Assembly: GCA_951406725.2 (NCBI GenBank)
Contig: OX597819.1
Coordinates: 33,170,001 to 33,234,000 of the forward strand
Direction: 5' to 3'
DNA from: Octopus vulgaris
Lineage: Eukaryota
DNA length: 64,000 nt
Numbering within the stretch: the first letter of the stretch is position 1; each line of letters opens with the position of its first letter. The notes beneath the pieces were generated by a model. It searched no databases. It was given only the letters and a program-made list of their open reading frames with translations, and had not been told where the DNA came from. Position numbers and translations under genes: made by a program. This document shows positions 53,650 to 64,000 of this stretch, piece after piece.

Positions 53650-55830
53650 GTTTACAATCGTTCTGTTCAAAAATTTGGAACGGAAAGAAGGATTTCAACC
53701 TGAATGTATCATGGTTAAATACAACTGAGAGAGAATACTGTACCAACACTAACAGAAATCATACGAAATTGATGCAGAAACCTTCGCTATAGTAGTAGGG
53801 AAACTACAGAATGGGAAGGCACCTGGAAGGGATATTGGTACAAGAATCTGACATTTTATAGAAACCAATTGAAATGCATATTCAAATTACATGCGTGATG
53901 TCTTCCACAGAAACATGACATAATCTACACATATAGTTGCACCTAGGGGTTACAAGGAGCGCCACTTTCTCTCTCTCGCTCTCTCTTGTTCACCAGGTAC
54001 TTTGTGGTAATCTCCTGTTCCTGGATTGCAAACGCATAAACTGGACAACAATTCTTACCCTTAGAACAGAATAATTGCTTCTGATAGTATAGGAATTTCC
54101 AGAGAGATAGTCTGCCTGTACTTCTTTTCATTTTGGCACTGAATCCATCATCGTTCCTGCTGCAGAAAACAAATTGTTATATTTTAGGATCTCCAACTGC
54201 TACAAATATCAATGTAACTCATAATTTCTTTGTAAACAACCTGAAGATTTATGCTAAATGTGTTAACAATGCGAAAAAAACAAAAAAACAACTGGAATTA
54301 GTAACAACATTTTCAGCTGATATAGTCATGGAATTTGGCCAAAAGAAATGTTTGATTATAGAACGAGGAAATTCAGTTCGTCAAACCCAAAATCTGTGCA
54401 TCAACGAACGGTCTTTCTATTTCCCCCATTCCACACAAAGAATGTTACAAGTACCTAGGCATAAAAGGAAAATGTGTTTTATGAGAGCACTGTGAATAAA
54501 GATAGAGTGACACCAGTCTTAGGAAAATATGGTAGTCGGAACCCTCCTCTAACAACAAAATAATATCCCACAATGCATTTGATGTACCAGTGCTGATCCA
54601 AACATTTGGAATACTTGATTGGTCTGTAGAGGAAATCCACTCTATAGATATCAAAACCCGCAAAATCCTGACAACAACTGGGAAAATCCACAGAAACAGT
54701 GATGTTGACAGGCTCTACCTAAAAAGAAATGAATGTAGTAGAGGCTTGAAATCAGTGCAGACGGCCTTCGAATGATGTATGGTATCACTCAAGCAGCACC
54801 TGGTAAACAACAGCAGCAAAAATAAATATATAAATGCAGTCCTGAAAAGTGAAGTGAGCAACATTGTACGAGCTGGCAGTGAGCTCCACAAGGAGCACTC
54901 TCTACCCGATGGTTTTCTATATAGCCCCAAAACAACTGGGCTCTCTTACCTCAGAGAAGACCTGGAAGGAAAGCACTCAGCATACAAAAATATATATATA
55001 TACTTAGGTATGTTACCCGGAAGTTTGAAGAAGATAGTAGAATTGACACGAAGAGCAGCCTCTCTTAGAAACAAGACCACTCCATCATATCATACTTTGA
55101 AGGCTATGCATTTGCAATCCAGGAACAGGAGATAGCCACAAAGTACCTGATGGACAAGAGAGACAGTGACGCTCTTGTAATCCCAAGGTGCAACTGCATG
55201 TGTAGATTATGTCATGTTTCTGTGGAAGATATCACGCATGTGATTAGCAGCCTTAAAATGTCGTCACGGTACTACCTCCCTATGCGCCACGATGTTGTTG
55301 CTAAAACAATTTACAATGCCATTCGCAAGAGAGACTGTCCTGAAATAAACCTAGAAAATCCTTCTGTTATGGAATGCATTCATAAACACCAACTCAAGGA
55401 ATACTGGTAGAATATTCCCATCAAACATAACAGGCCGGATATTGCTGTTTGGGACAGAGGGGCAAAGGCCATGCAGATATAAATATCTTTTTTTAAATGA
55501 AAAAAAAAGAGGATATTTATGGATAACAGCTTCAAAACCTCCAGACTATTAATTCATATTCATACCAGTAATAATTGAAGGGCTAGGTTTTGTTAGTAAA
55601 CGCTTAAAGGATAATCTGGATAAACTGGGATTTTCAGAAAGAGAAATAGACCGGCTAATTCGTACATTACAAGTGCAATCTGTGAGTGGAACAGTAAAAG
55701 TATGCAAAACTTTTCTCAAGTTCCAAATGTGAGTTTGTCTGTATTAGCTACATAACAATGATGGAGCCTTGTATCTTTGTTGCAATGCGGTTTCCTTCTC
55801 AGTGGAAGATTTATAATAATTAAGAAATAG
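53650..55830 (+). mobile_element. Decayed R4/Dong-like non-LTR retrotransposon with restriction-like endonuclease
   Basis: GKAPGRD, FQRDSLPVLLFILALNP, THNFFVNNLKIYA, RLYLKR..RGL, FAIQEQEI, CRLC..EDITHVISS..RHDVVAK, KHNRPDIAVWD; ends VKVCKTFLKFQM*. Confidence 0.9.
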
Positions 55831-55840
55831 AAGAGACACG

Positions 55841-55874
<34 letters not shown>

Positions 55875-56815
55875 GTAGGTGCCAGTGTTATACTTCTAGT
55901 CTATAGGGGGTGGGGAGGAAATCTAGTAGCAAATGCTTGTGTCCGTTCTGGCTAAGATCAGTGACTGTAGAGTTATTTTTGGCAATGGGGTTATGGTTGT
56001 GTAGGTAGTTGTGAATGGAGAAACTAATTGAATGTTTAATTATGTAGGAGTAGGAGTTAGAATTAAATATTAGGGGATTTATTATCCTCTTGTCTATTTT
56101 GGATCTAAGTCCTTCTCATTCGCAAAATTAGCCCCTCCCCCACTTAATTTTGATCAGATTGCTTTCAATTTTGGTGTATCGATGCAACTCTGAATTTTGA
56201 TTACAATCAACCGATTACTTTATTTCGTAAATTAAAGAATGTGATGTTATTTGGAATTAAAGTTGGGAAATTTGGGTAATTTTAGCCAATCAACAGACAG
56301 CGTGACATTAGCAGCTTGTTACCATGACAATAGGACGTTGTGTTGTGGTTCACTTCACTGTTGTCTGTGCTGCTATTGTCTATGTTGATTTTTCACACTT
56401 TATTCTTCATATCACGAGACTCTTTTCACCCGTGTGTTTTGTTTTAATTTTTCTGTGTGTTAGCATATTATATATTTTTTCTGTGCTTCTGTGTGTTAGT
56501 ATTTTTCTGTGCTTTTTCTGTGTGTTAGTATTTTTACATATTTTTCATTTCATATATTTTAGGGATTCATGAATTTATAATTTCACTAGGTTAATTCTAT
56601 TCATAAACATTTAAATTAGGAGTATTTCTTAAACCATTAGCTTCACATTTCAACAGCTTAACTGAAATTTAGCCCACGTAACCAGAACCGAGAGGAGATG
56701 ATTTAACATTATTTTTTATATATAAGATACATGTATTCCATTCCTTGGGACAAATTCTTTGTTGACCGGTGTTATTCTTATCGTAGTTTACAAATCCAAG
56801 CATAAAAACATTCTT

Positions 56816-56848
<33 letters not shown>

Positions 56849-57445
56849 TGCACTTATATATTAATGATGTATTGACAGGTATACATAATACTGGAATACG
56901 CATAAAGTAAACATACGCAGACAAATATATTAATATAACAAATGTTTAGAAAATAATAAAAACATACAATCTATGAAGAGACAAAAGAAATAGTAAGTTG
57001 ATACACGTTGATTTTATTAGGTATTTCTGTCTATTTAGAAACCTACAATGAACACATCAGACGCTAAACTATAAATTTCGCAGGGTACAGTTGACACAGC
57101 TCCGCTAAACGCAGAAAACTGGTTTAAAATATTGGTTAAAAATACAGTTTTTTCGATTTTTAAACTTCTATAACTTTTTTCTCCAATTTTTGTCTCCACA
57201 ACATCATACCTTCAAAGCAACGAGACTGGATGCCTACATTATTATAGCCGATTTTCAGACTTTTTACTTCCTTTTTAAAAAAATGTATATTTTGCGAATG
57301 AAAAAAACTAAATCCGCTATTTTTGTACACTATATTCTTTGACACTATATTTTTATATACTTAATAAATCCCTTAATATCTAATTCTAAATCCTACTCCT
57401 AAATAATTTAACATTCAACTAGTTTCTCCAATCACGACTACCTAC

Positions 57446-57677
57446 CTATTTCTTTACTGCCCACAAGGGGCCAAACACAGAGGGGACAAACAAGGACAGA
57501 CAAAGGGACCAAGTCGATTATATCGACCCCAGTGCGTAACTGGTACTTATTTAATCGACCCCGAAAGGATGAAAGGCAAAGTCGACCTCGGCGGAATTTG
57601 AACTCAGAACGTAGCGGCAGACGAAATACTGCAAAGCATTTCGCCCGGTGTGCTAACGTTTCTGCCAGCTCGCCACC
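57446..57677 (-). mobile_element. Nin/Deu-domain SINE (tail type 2), full length
   Basis: Head, Nin core and tail; interrupts an older repeat that also occurs inverted at about 55960-56090. Confidence 0.92.
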
Positions 57678-58344
57678 TATAACTCCATTGCTAAAAATAA
57701 CTCTACCACCACTGGTAGAGTTATTTGGACATAAGCATTTACTACTAGATTTCTTCCACACACCCCATAGACTAGAAGAATACGACAAGCACCTACTTTT
57801 CTCCTTAAATTCTTTTCATTTTGCTCTATTTTGTTTATTTTTTTACGTTATCTCCCTCTGCCCCGTCCTCCTCCCTCTTAACTTCTTAGGCAGTATATTT
57901 TTATATACCTTACTTTATCCTTAATGCCAATTCTTAACTTTCCCCTCATTCTAGCTACCTCTCTTTCTATTCATTTACTTTTCTTTCTTTTTACCGCTTA
58001 ATTGATACCTCCGCTACAAATTCTGTTATTGAACGTTGATATGTTCCCCTCATTTTTCTGGATGTTTACAATATCAAGACTTTAACCCACATAGATTTAC
58101 GCAGGATTGCACCTAAGGACTTATGGACTTATTTCATCAAGATCGGGAAGTTGAACTATGACCCTTTTATGCTTCTTTTTCTTCTCTTTCTTCATCTCCT
58201 TATTCATTTACTCCTGTCCACTATGTCGTCATTTCATTAATCTATGCCCTTCTCATTTTCCCTATTTGTCTTCGATGACGGAATATCATATACTCTGGGG
58301 TATCCCAGGAACAGCTCTAAGAATTTGAATTTTTCCAATAATAA

Positions 58345-58716
58345 TCTTCTCTTTCTTCTCTTTTCTCTTTTACTTGTTTCAGTCATTTGACTGCAGCCAT
58401 GCTGGAGCACCGCCTTTAGTCGAGCAAATCGACCCCGGGACTTATTCTTTGTAAGCCCAGTACTTATTCTATCGGTCTCTTTTTGCCGAACGGCTAAGTG
58501 ACGGGGACGTAAACACACCAGCATCGGTTGTCAAGCAATGCTAGGGGGACAAACACACACATACATACATATATACGACAGGCTTCTTTCAGTTTCCGTC
58601 TACCAAATCCACTCACAAGGCATTGGTCGGCCCGGGGCTATAGCAGAAGACACTTGCCCAAGGTGCCACGCAGTGGGACTGAACCCGGAACCATGTGGTT
58701 TGTTAGCAAGCTACTT
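58345..58716 (-). mobile_element. SINE family A, cut in its tRNA-like head by the Tx1-like LINE
   Basis: Matches 51582-51998 up to gcaagctactt; the expected accacacagccactcctgcgcc is replaced by the LINE 3' end. Confidence 0.9.
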
Positions 58717-58944
58717 TATTTCATATAATTTGCCATTTAGGCATTTACAAAGAGGGGACAAACAAGGACAGACAAATATAAAGGGTGAAGTAGCTTAACA
58801 CAGTTACAATTTTCGAATGAAATTACGGATAAGATTATAAACAATGAATTTTACGAAGGCAATGTTTAAAAATATTAATGATCATGTCGAAGGACGGACA
58901 CCCAGCCATCCGGGTAGAACCTTTACTTTCTGATCCGGTCACAC

Positions 58945-61900
58945 TTACCTGGTGCCAAACATACCCATCTTGTATGCCACAGGCTTCCATCTTTTCACAA
59001 ACATATCTCGTGACAGACACCTCTTCTCCAGCCTGATTTTGCTACTGAGGTGGTAACTAAAAAAGTTAATCAACCCCTGGCCGGAGACAAAGGTGCCTGT
59101 CACTATACCTTTCGTACGCGTCTTCCATACTGTTTCTTTCAATATGGCTACTACACAGAAAAAACAAGCCTTTCTTTCCCTGTTAAGGAAAGGGGGCGGC
59201 ACAATCTCGATGATAGACTCAGCTGATAGCTGTACTCTTCCCATCACTGACAACAGTTGTTCAACAAAAGCTATCAGTCCCGATAACTCCGGACACTCCA
59301 CGAATACGTGCAAGACGGTCTCCCTATCCTGCTCACATCGCGGGCATGTCGGCGAGACGGCACTACCGTGCCTTGACAGCTTGTCGCGAACAGGTAAAGC
59401 CGCACGGAAACACTGCCAGGCCAGGGATTTCTGGTAATTATCCAGATACCCCGGCCCGAACGTCCTCCGGAACAGGTTGACCAACTGATTTTCATCGTAG
59501 CCCAGGGTCTCCCCCAAGGCATCTTCGGACTTAATCTCCACTAACCCGCTATAGAAATCCGTGGTGGAACTCCTGTTGCCGGCGTTGCCCACCCGAGATA
59601 GTAGCTGGAGCGCCTGACGGCACTCCAAATGCCATTCACTCAGTTTAGGTCTCCGCTTGATCCATGCACCGATGTCCGTTAGGGATGTTAACTGGGGAAG
59701 GTAGAACCGGACGTGCGGTGACCACACCTGCTCTCCATCCAGGTAAAGCCAGAGGTGCCTCAACCTTAACGCGAGTTTTCGCATCCTCAGCCAAGGCATC
59801 CCTAGCCCACCCTTTAGCGGTTTCTGGCAGCAGACAGAGCGCTTTACAAGTGGCTTTCCTCCTTTCCACAAAAATCGGAAAAGGATTCTCTCCAACTTGT
59901 TCAGCCACAAATCGGGGCAAGGCACCACGGTCAGACGGTAGGTGATTACTGATGCTATAAACATCTGCACCACCTCCGCCTTCCCTAGCAGGGATAACGC
60001 CCGCCCAGACCAGGTCTGGGTTAGAGCGGTCACCTTGTTGGCCACCTCACTCCAATTTTTCTCAATCTGGAGGTCTGGCCCGAACCAGACTCCGAGCAGC
60101 TTAACAGGACCTTCTGTCCAACACCCTACGACGTTATTGGACGGCATCGGCTTGCCCCTCCAGGTGCCGAGTTGCAAACCGACCGACTTGTCCTTGTTAA
60201 CCTTTGCTCCTGCCACCGCCTCGTAGCTTTTGATGGCCTCTTCCACCACTGGAAGCTGGCCTTCGTCTGCCACGATGATGGAGGTGTCATCCGCATACGC
60301 CGTAGCTCCTCTTCCACACCATAGATCATGCGGCGCGCCCCCTAGTGCCTCCAACTTCCGCAGCAAAGGCTCAAGAGCCAATACGTATAGGAGCGAGGAC
60401 AGGGGACACCCTTGACGAACTGAACGCTCGATCCTGAACGGCTTCGAAAAGGAACCGTTCACCTTGACTACAGACTCGATGTCGCTATACAAAGCAGCGA
60501 TCCAACCTCGAAAGGTCGGGCCTAGGCCAGCCTCTCCGAGGACCGCCGCCAGGTACCGATGGTCGACCCTATCAAATGCTTTGGACTGGTCTAAATGTAC
60601 CAGTGCTCCCCCTGCGCCAGAAAGCTTCCCCACCCTCTCTAAGGAGTAGCGTATAAGGTGGAGATTGTCGTGGATCGTTCTGCCGGGGATAGCGCACGTT
60701 TGCGCTTCCCCGACAAGTTTGTCCACGACCCGCGCCAACCTTTTTGCTAGCACCTTGGCCAGAATCTTTAACTCTGTGTTTAACAGAGTTATGGGCCTGA
60801 AGTTCCCTATCTCGTCCCCCTTGTTCGGGTCCTTCCTGATCAACGTCACCGCCCCCCGGCTCGCAGACTTGGGAATTCTCCCATTCTGCTGCCAGTTGGC
60901 GTAGACGCTAGCCAGCAGGTGCCCGAACAAGTCTGGCATACTTCTATAAAATTCATAGGGCAGACCATCGAGACCCGGCGACTTCTCCCCGGGGCACTTG
61001 CCCAACACCTCGATTACTTCCTCGGCTGTGATTGGCCCTTCACAGCACTCAGCCTCTCGTGTCGAGAGGCGCGGGCCACCAGACAGGAAGTCCCTAAGGG
61101 CCTCACCATGATCCAGCGTCCCGCACCTCCCGAACAACTCGGCGAAGTGCTTGTGAAGTGCCTCACACATCTCGTCCCGCTTCTTGATCGTGCATCCGTT
61201 TTCATCAACAAGAGACCCAATTGTGGCATCGTTTCCACGCTGTGTTTCTATCGTACGGGCCCATCCGGCAACATTAATTCCCTCACGGCCCAATGCTCGT
61301 ACTTTATCCCGGACTCTACATCCCTCATGTTTGGTTTTGAGGTGACGGTCTAATGCAGTTCTCGCCGCTAAAATGTGAGATGCAGAGCCCAACCTCAACG
61401 CCTCCTCTAAGTTCTTAACTAGTTGCCCTTCTATTCTAGCCCTATCTAGTCTTAGTTGTTTACTAAATCTAATGGACTCGAATCGAATGGCTCTTTTGAG
61501 GATGAACCACCACCGGTTATTAACCACGGCTCCGGTTAACGCCCTCTGCACTAACACCTTAATCCGGCTACGGTATGCCTCGCGTGTCAAAGTAGACTTG
61601 TTCAGCTTCCAGTAGCCGGTTCCTATCTTAAGTGTGCTATCTATGTCCAGTCTACACGTGACCATTCTATGGTCAGTATAGGGCACCTGGACGAGCTGTG
61701 GACAACTAAAACTAGACTTATCTCTAGTTCTTATCACTATCCTGTCTAGATAAGACTTGAACCTTCCGTCGCCACTCATCCAGGTCCACTCTGGGACATT
61801 CGGATGGTCAAGTCTGTAACGATCTGCCAGCTGAAACCGCTTAAGCAGATCCACGAGACGTGAGTTCACTTTCCTATAGATCGAGCCAACGCTATCGATG

Positions 61901-62346
61901 TGTACGTCAACGATAGCATTAAAGTCCCCTAATATCACTAAAGTCTTCGACGTCACGAGAAAGCCCTCTAGGTGCCTATAAAAATCAGTTTGGAAACCTC
62001 TAGCACAAGGTGCATAGAGTCCGATCAACCTGAAGGCCTTACTGCTGTATGTCACATCAAGGACGACCAGCCCACCTTCTGGGTCTACATAGACTGTACT
62101 TGTCTGTAGAGCCAAGTCTTTACGGATCAGTACCACTACGCCCCCTCGCCCTCCGGTCTGGCCAGGAGACATGATTTTCTCGTAGCCATTCAGGAGAGGC
62201 AAGAAGGTTTGTAGGCTGTCCAGCTTGGTCTCTGTAGCAACCATCACATGTATATCATGTGATCTGAGGTCGTCGAGGAAACAAGCCTGCTTCCACTTCG
62301 AACTCAGACCACGCACATTTAAACAACCAAGGTTAAGCGAAGCCAT
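58945..62346 (-). CDS. LINE ORF2: APE endonuclease + reverse transcriptase + C-terminal zf-RVT (1133 aa, uninterrupted)
   Basis: EN motifs LNVRGL, ETKL, LYAP, LGDFN, SYLDRI, TDH; RT motifs KSPGLDG, FRPITLLN, LDQSKAFDRV, VRQGCPLS, YADD; C-terminal CPRC...ETVLHVFVEC. Confidence 0.97.
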   Translation of the reverse strand: MASLNLGCLNVRGLSSKWKQACFLDDLRSHDIHVMVATETKLDSLQTFLPLLNGYEKIMSPGQTGGRGGVVVLIRKDLALQTSTVYVDPEGGLVVLDVTYSSKAFRLIGLYAPCARGFQTDFYRHLEGFLVTSKTLVILGDFNAIVDVHIDSVGSIYRKVNSRLVDLLKRFQLADRYRLDHPNVPEWTWMSGDGRFKSYLDRIVIRTRDKSSFSCPQLVQVPYTDHRMVTCRLDIDSTLKIGTGYWKLNKSTLTREAYRSRIKVLVQRALTGAVVNNRWWFILKRAIRFESIRFSKQLRLDRARIEGQLVKNLEEALRLGSASHILAARTALDRHLKTKHEGCRVRDKVRALGREGINVAGWARTIETQRGNDATIGSLVDENGCTIKKRDEMCEALHKHFAELFGRCGTLDHGEALRDFLSGGPRLSTREAECCEGPITAEEVIEVLGKCPGEKSPGLDGLPYEFYRSMPDLFGHLLASVYANWQQNGRIPKSASRGAVTLIRKDPNKGDEIGNFRPITLLNTELKILAKVLAKRLARVVDKLVGEAQTCAIPGRTIHDNLHLIRYSLERVGKLSGAGGALVHLDQSKAFDRVDHRYLAAVLGEAGLGPTFRGWIAALYSDIESVVKVNGSFSKPFRIERSVRQGCPLSSLLYVLALEPLLRKLEALGGAPHDLWCGRGATAYADDTSIIVADEGQLPVVEEAIKSYEAVAGAKVNKDKSVGLQLGTWRGKPMPSNNVVGCWTEGPVKLLGVWFGPDLQIEKNWSEVANKVTALTQTWSGRALSLLGKAEVVQMFIASVITYRLTVVPCPDLWLNKLERILFRFLWKGGKPLVKRSVCCQKPLKGGLGMPWLRMRKLALRLRHLWLYLDGEQVWSPHVRFYLPQLTSLTDIGAWIKRRPKLSEWHLECRQALQLLSRVGNAGNRSSTTDFYSGLVEIKSEDALGETLGYDENQLVNLFRRTFGPGYLDNYQKSLAWQCFRAALPVRDKLSRHGSAVSPTCPRCEQDRETVLHVFVECPELSGLIAFVEQLLSVMGRVQLSAESIIEIVPPPFLNRERKACFFCVVAILKETVWKTRTKGIVTGTFVSGQGLINFFSYHLSSKIRLEKRCLSRDMFVKRWKPVAYKMGMFGTR

Positions 62347-62363
62347 TACAAAAAGTAAAAGTT

Positions 62364-63767
62364 CTACTTACATTTCGTTGGAGAGGTGGGGGCCGACCTC
62401 ACCACACGTTTGTGGGCCCCTTCTTTCTCCTCTTTCTTCAGATAGTCCGGCAAGTTTGCGATATGCCGAATGGCGTTTGGGTGTCTGTCTTTTAATTGTT
62501 TGAACGTTGTTTCCGCAATCCACGCGTGTCTATTTCGATCTTTGTATTTGTTGTACAGTCTTGCTGACTGATGCTGAGCCACAATATCGTTTATGTATTT
62601 GTCTTGTGTGTCGAATTCAATTAATATGAGTTCATTTTCTTTTTTGTCTTCTTTTTCTTTGCCAGTTGAGCGGGATTTTTTTTTCCGTGTCTGTGGTGTG
62701 TCTTTGTTTTTATTATTTTTTGTAGGGGTTGTGGACGGGGATGCTGCACGAATTCTTTTACGAACTGGTGTAAATCCCCCTCTGATACCTCCATGGTATC
62801 GTCTGGGGTAGCAATAGTTTGTTCGGTAGGCGCCGCAGTTTTTAGGGGGGTGGGAGGCTTTAATAGTGTAGGGGTTTGTGAGTGCGGGGGCTGGGTTTTT
62901 TTCTTCAGTCTGTTTTGGGGTTGGCACCGTAACAGCAGGAGTGGGATTTTTTGTTTTTGTAGGGGTAGGTGTGTTTGCAAGGGTAGGGACTTTTTTATTA
63001 TCTGAGGGGCCTGGTGTCTGCGGTTTCTTTTGCTTGTCTGGACAGTCTACACGAATGTGGCCCTTTTTGCCGCAGGCGTAACAGGTGGGTTTTCGGCCTT
63101 CGACCTGTACCCTGAGGGCTACGTTCTCGCCCACGAGCACCCTCTCAGGAAGGAGCTGCAGGTCCTCCGCTGTTCCTTGAATTAATATATTAATGTTACG
63201 CCCGAGCCAAAATAGAGGGGTAGAGCATGTTACTTGAAGTATTTTTATTTTGTCTGCCCTTTTATATAACAGGGCGGCCACTACCTCTACCGGATCTACT
63301 TCCGGCGGGGCTTCTACAATCCTGACCCGGGACGTCCTGCGGCCCCTATAGCTTGGGAAAAGTACCACCTCCTTGGTTTTTAGGGGGTTCACAGAATGCC
63401 CGCGGGCCATTTCTTCCCCCGAGAAGCGAACATCCACAGTGCCATATGCCCGTCCCCTGGCGACGTACACGATGTCCTTCCAAATCGGGGACAGGCATTT
63501 CTCGATGGTGCTTTTTTCAAAGTGTTTGAACCTTCTGCTTTGTGGACAGAAAGTTTTAAACACTACGGTCCGCTTCTCGGTCTCCACGATACTGGCGGAG
63601 GGTGATATTTTAACATCACCACCCTCCTCTTGCATTCTTTTAAATAGCTCGACGAGCTGATTGACATCGATGCCAATGTTCTCGGTAGCCACTGCGGCTA
63701 CCGCAGAAAATTTTTTAACATTGCTCTCCTCAAGAGCACTACTTTCGTGAATAATTTCAACAGACAT
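62364..63767 (-). CDS. LINE ORF1 nucleic-acid-binding protein with CCHC zinc knuckle
   Basis: First ATG at 63767 (the track starts at TTG 63791); CYACGKKGHIRVDC knuckle followed by a P/T/K-rich linker; ends 17 nt before the ORF2 ATG. Confidence 0.9.
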   Translation of the reverse strand: MSVEIIHESSALEESNVKKFSAVAAVATENIGIDVNQLVELFKRMQEEGGDVKISPSASIVETEKRTVVFKTFCPQSRRFKHFEKSTIEKCLSPIWKDIVYVARGRAYGTVDVRFSGEEMARGHSVNPLKTKEVVLFPSYRGRRTSRVRIVEAPPEVDPVEVVAALLYKRADKIKILQVTCSTPLFWLGRNINILIQGTAEDLQLLPERVLVGENVALRVQVEGRKPTCYACGKKGHIRVDCPDKQKKPQTPGPSDNKKVPTLANTPTPTKTKNPTPAVTVPTPKQTEEKNPAPALTNPYTIKASHPPKNCGAYRTNYCYPRRYHGGIRGGFTPVRKRIRAASPSTTPTKNNKNKDTPQTRKKKSRSTGKEKEDKKENELILIEFDTQDKYINDIVAQHQSARLYNKYKDRNRHAWIAETTFKQLKDRHPNAIRHIANLPDYLKKEEKEGAHKRVVRSAPTSPTKCK

Positions 63768-64000
63768 TATTCTGTTGAAATTAGACAACACAAAAATTAC
63801 GAATATAGGTTTCCCACAAAACTGGGAAACCTATAGAAAGTTTTTCTTCCAAAGTAGTTCAAAAAAGCAGTTCAAAAATTCCAATTCCCACCCCCATTCG
63901 GGGGAGGGGCACGAAAATAGTCTGGCAGGACTATATATAGTCACGTAAATAAAAACCACAATGGCTAACAGTTCAACGGTTAGAAATTATTCAATTATTT

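Larger units (their letters stand above)
58717..64000 (-). mobile_element. L1-clade (Tx1-like) non-LTR retrotransposon, two ORFs, near full length; 5' end probably beyond the window edge
   Basis: Adjacent ORF1 and ORF2 on the minus strand, GC-richer than the flanks, about 230-nt 3' UTR ending ...GAAATA with no poly(A), abutting a truncated SINE at 58716. Confidence 0.93.

Noticed and set aside
58265-58325. Hammerhead-like ucuu-cgauga...ggaacagcucu-aaga
   Set aside because: Multiple core substitutions; treated only as a dead PLE-type relic.
59093-61353. Antisense and alternative-frame ORFs over the LINE ORF2
   Set aside because: Shadow ORFs of a GC-richer coding region with no motifs.

Overview
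This is AT-rich eukaryotic genomic DNA saturated with microsatellites and transposons. The repeat repertoire (tRNA-derived SINEs with a Nin/Deu-like domain, mariners, Helitron-like elements, massive CA/TA/TATG tracts) resembles an octopus (coleoid cephalopod) genome; that assignment is inferred, not verified. Almost every ORF in the supplied track is a microsatellite artefact. The one intact coding unit is an L1-clade (Tx1-like) non-LTR retrotransposon on the minus strand (about 58717 to beyond 64000), with a zinc-knuckle ORF1 and an uninterrupted 1133-aa endonuclease/RT ORF2. It is inserted into the tRNA-like head of a SINE. The most notable observation is that its 3' UTR shares a 26/26-nt block, a covarying hairpin and a GAAATA terminus with the 3' tail of one Nin-domain SINE subfamily in the same window, which makes them a candidate Tx1-LINE/SINE partner system. 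Also present are an apparently intact type I hammerhead ribozyme (17814-17897, minus) plus degenerate ones tied to Penelope-like remnants, two decayed mariners, a DD37D (maT) element, two decayed R4/Dong-like LINEs, a Merlin-like MITE, Helitron/Helentron-like elements and many SINEs. There are also tentative TATA and exon signals for a long-intron host gene on the minus strand.
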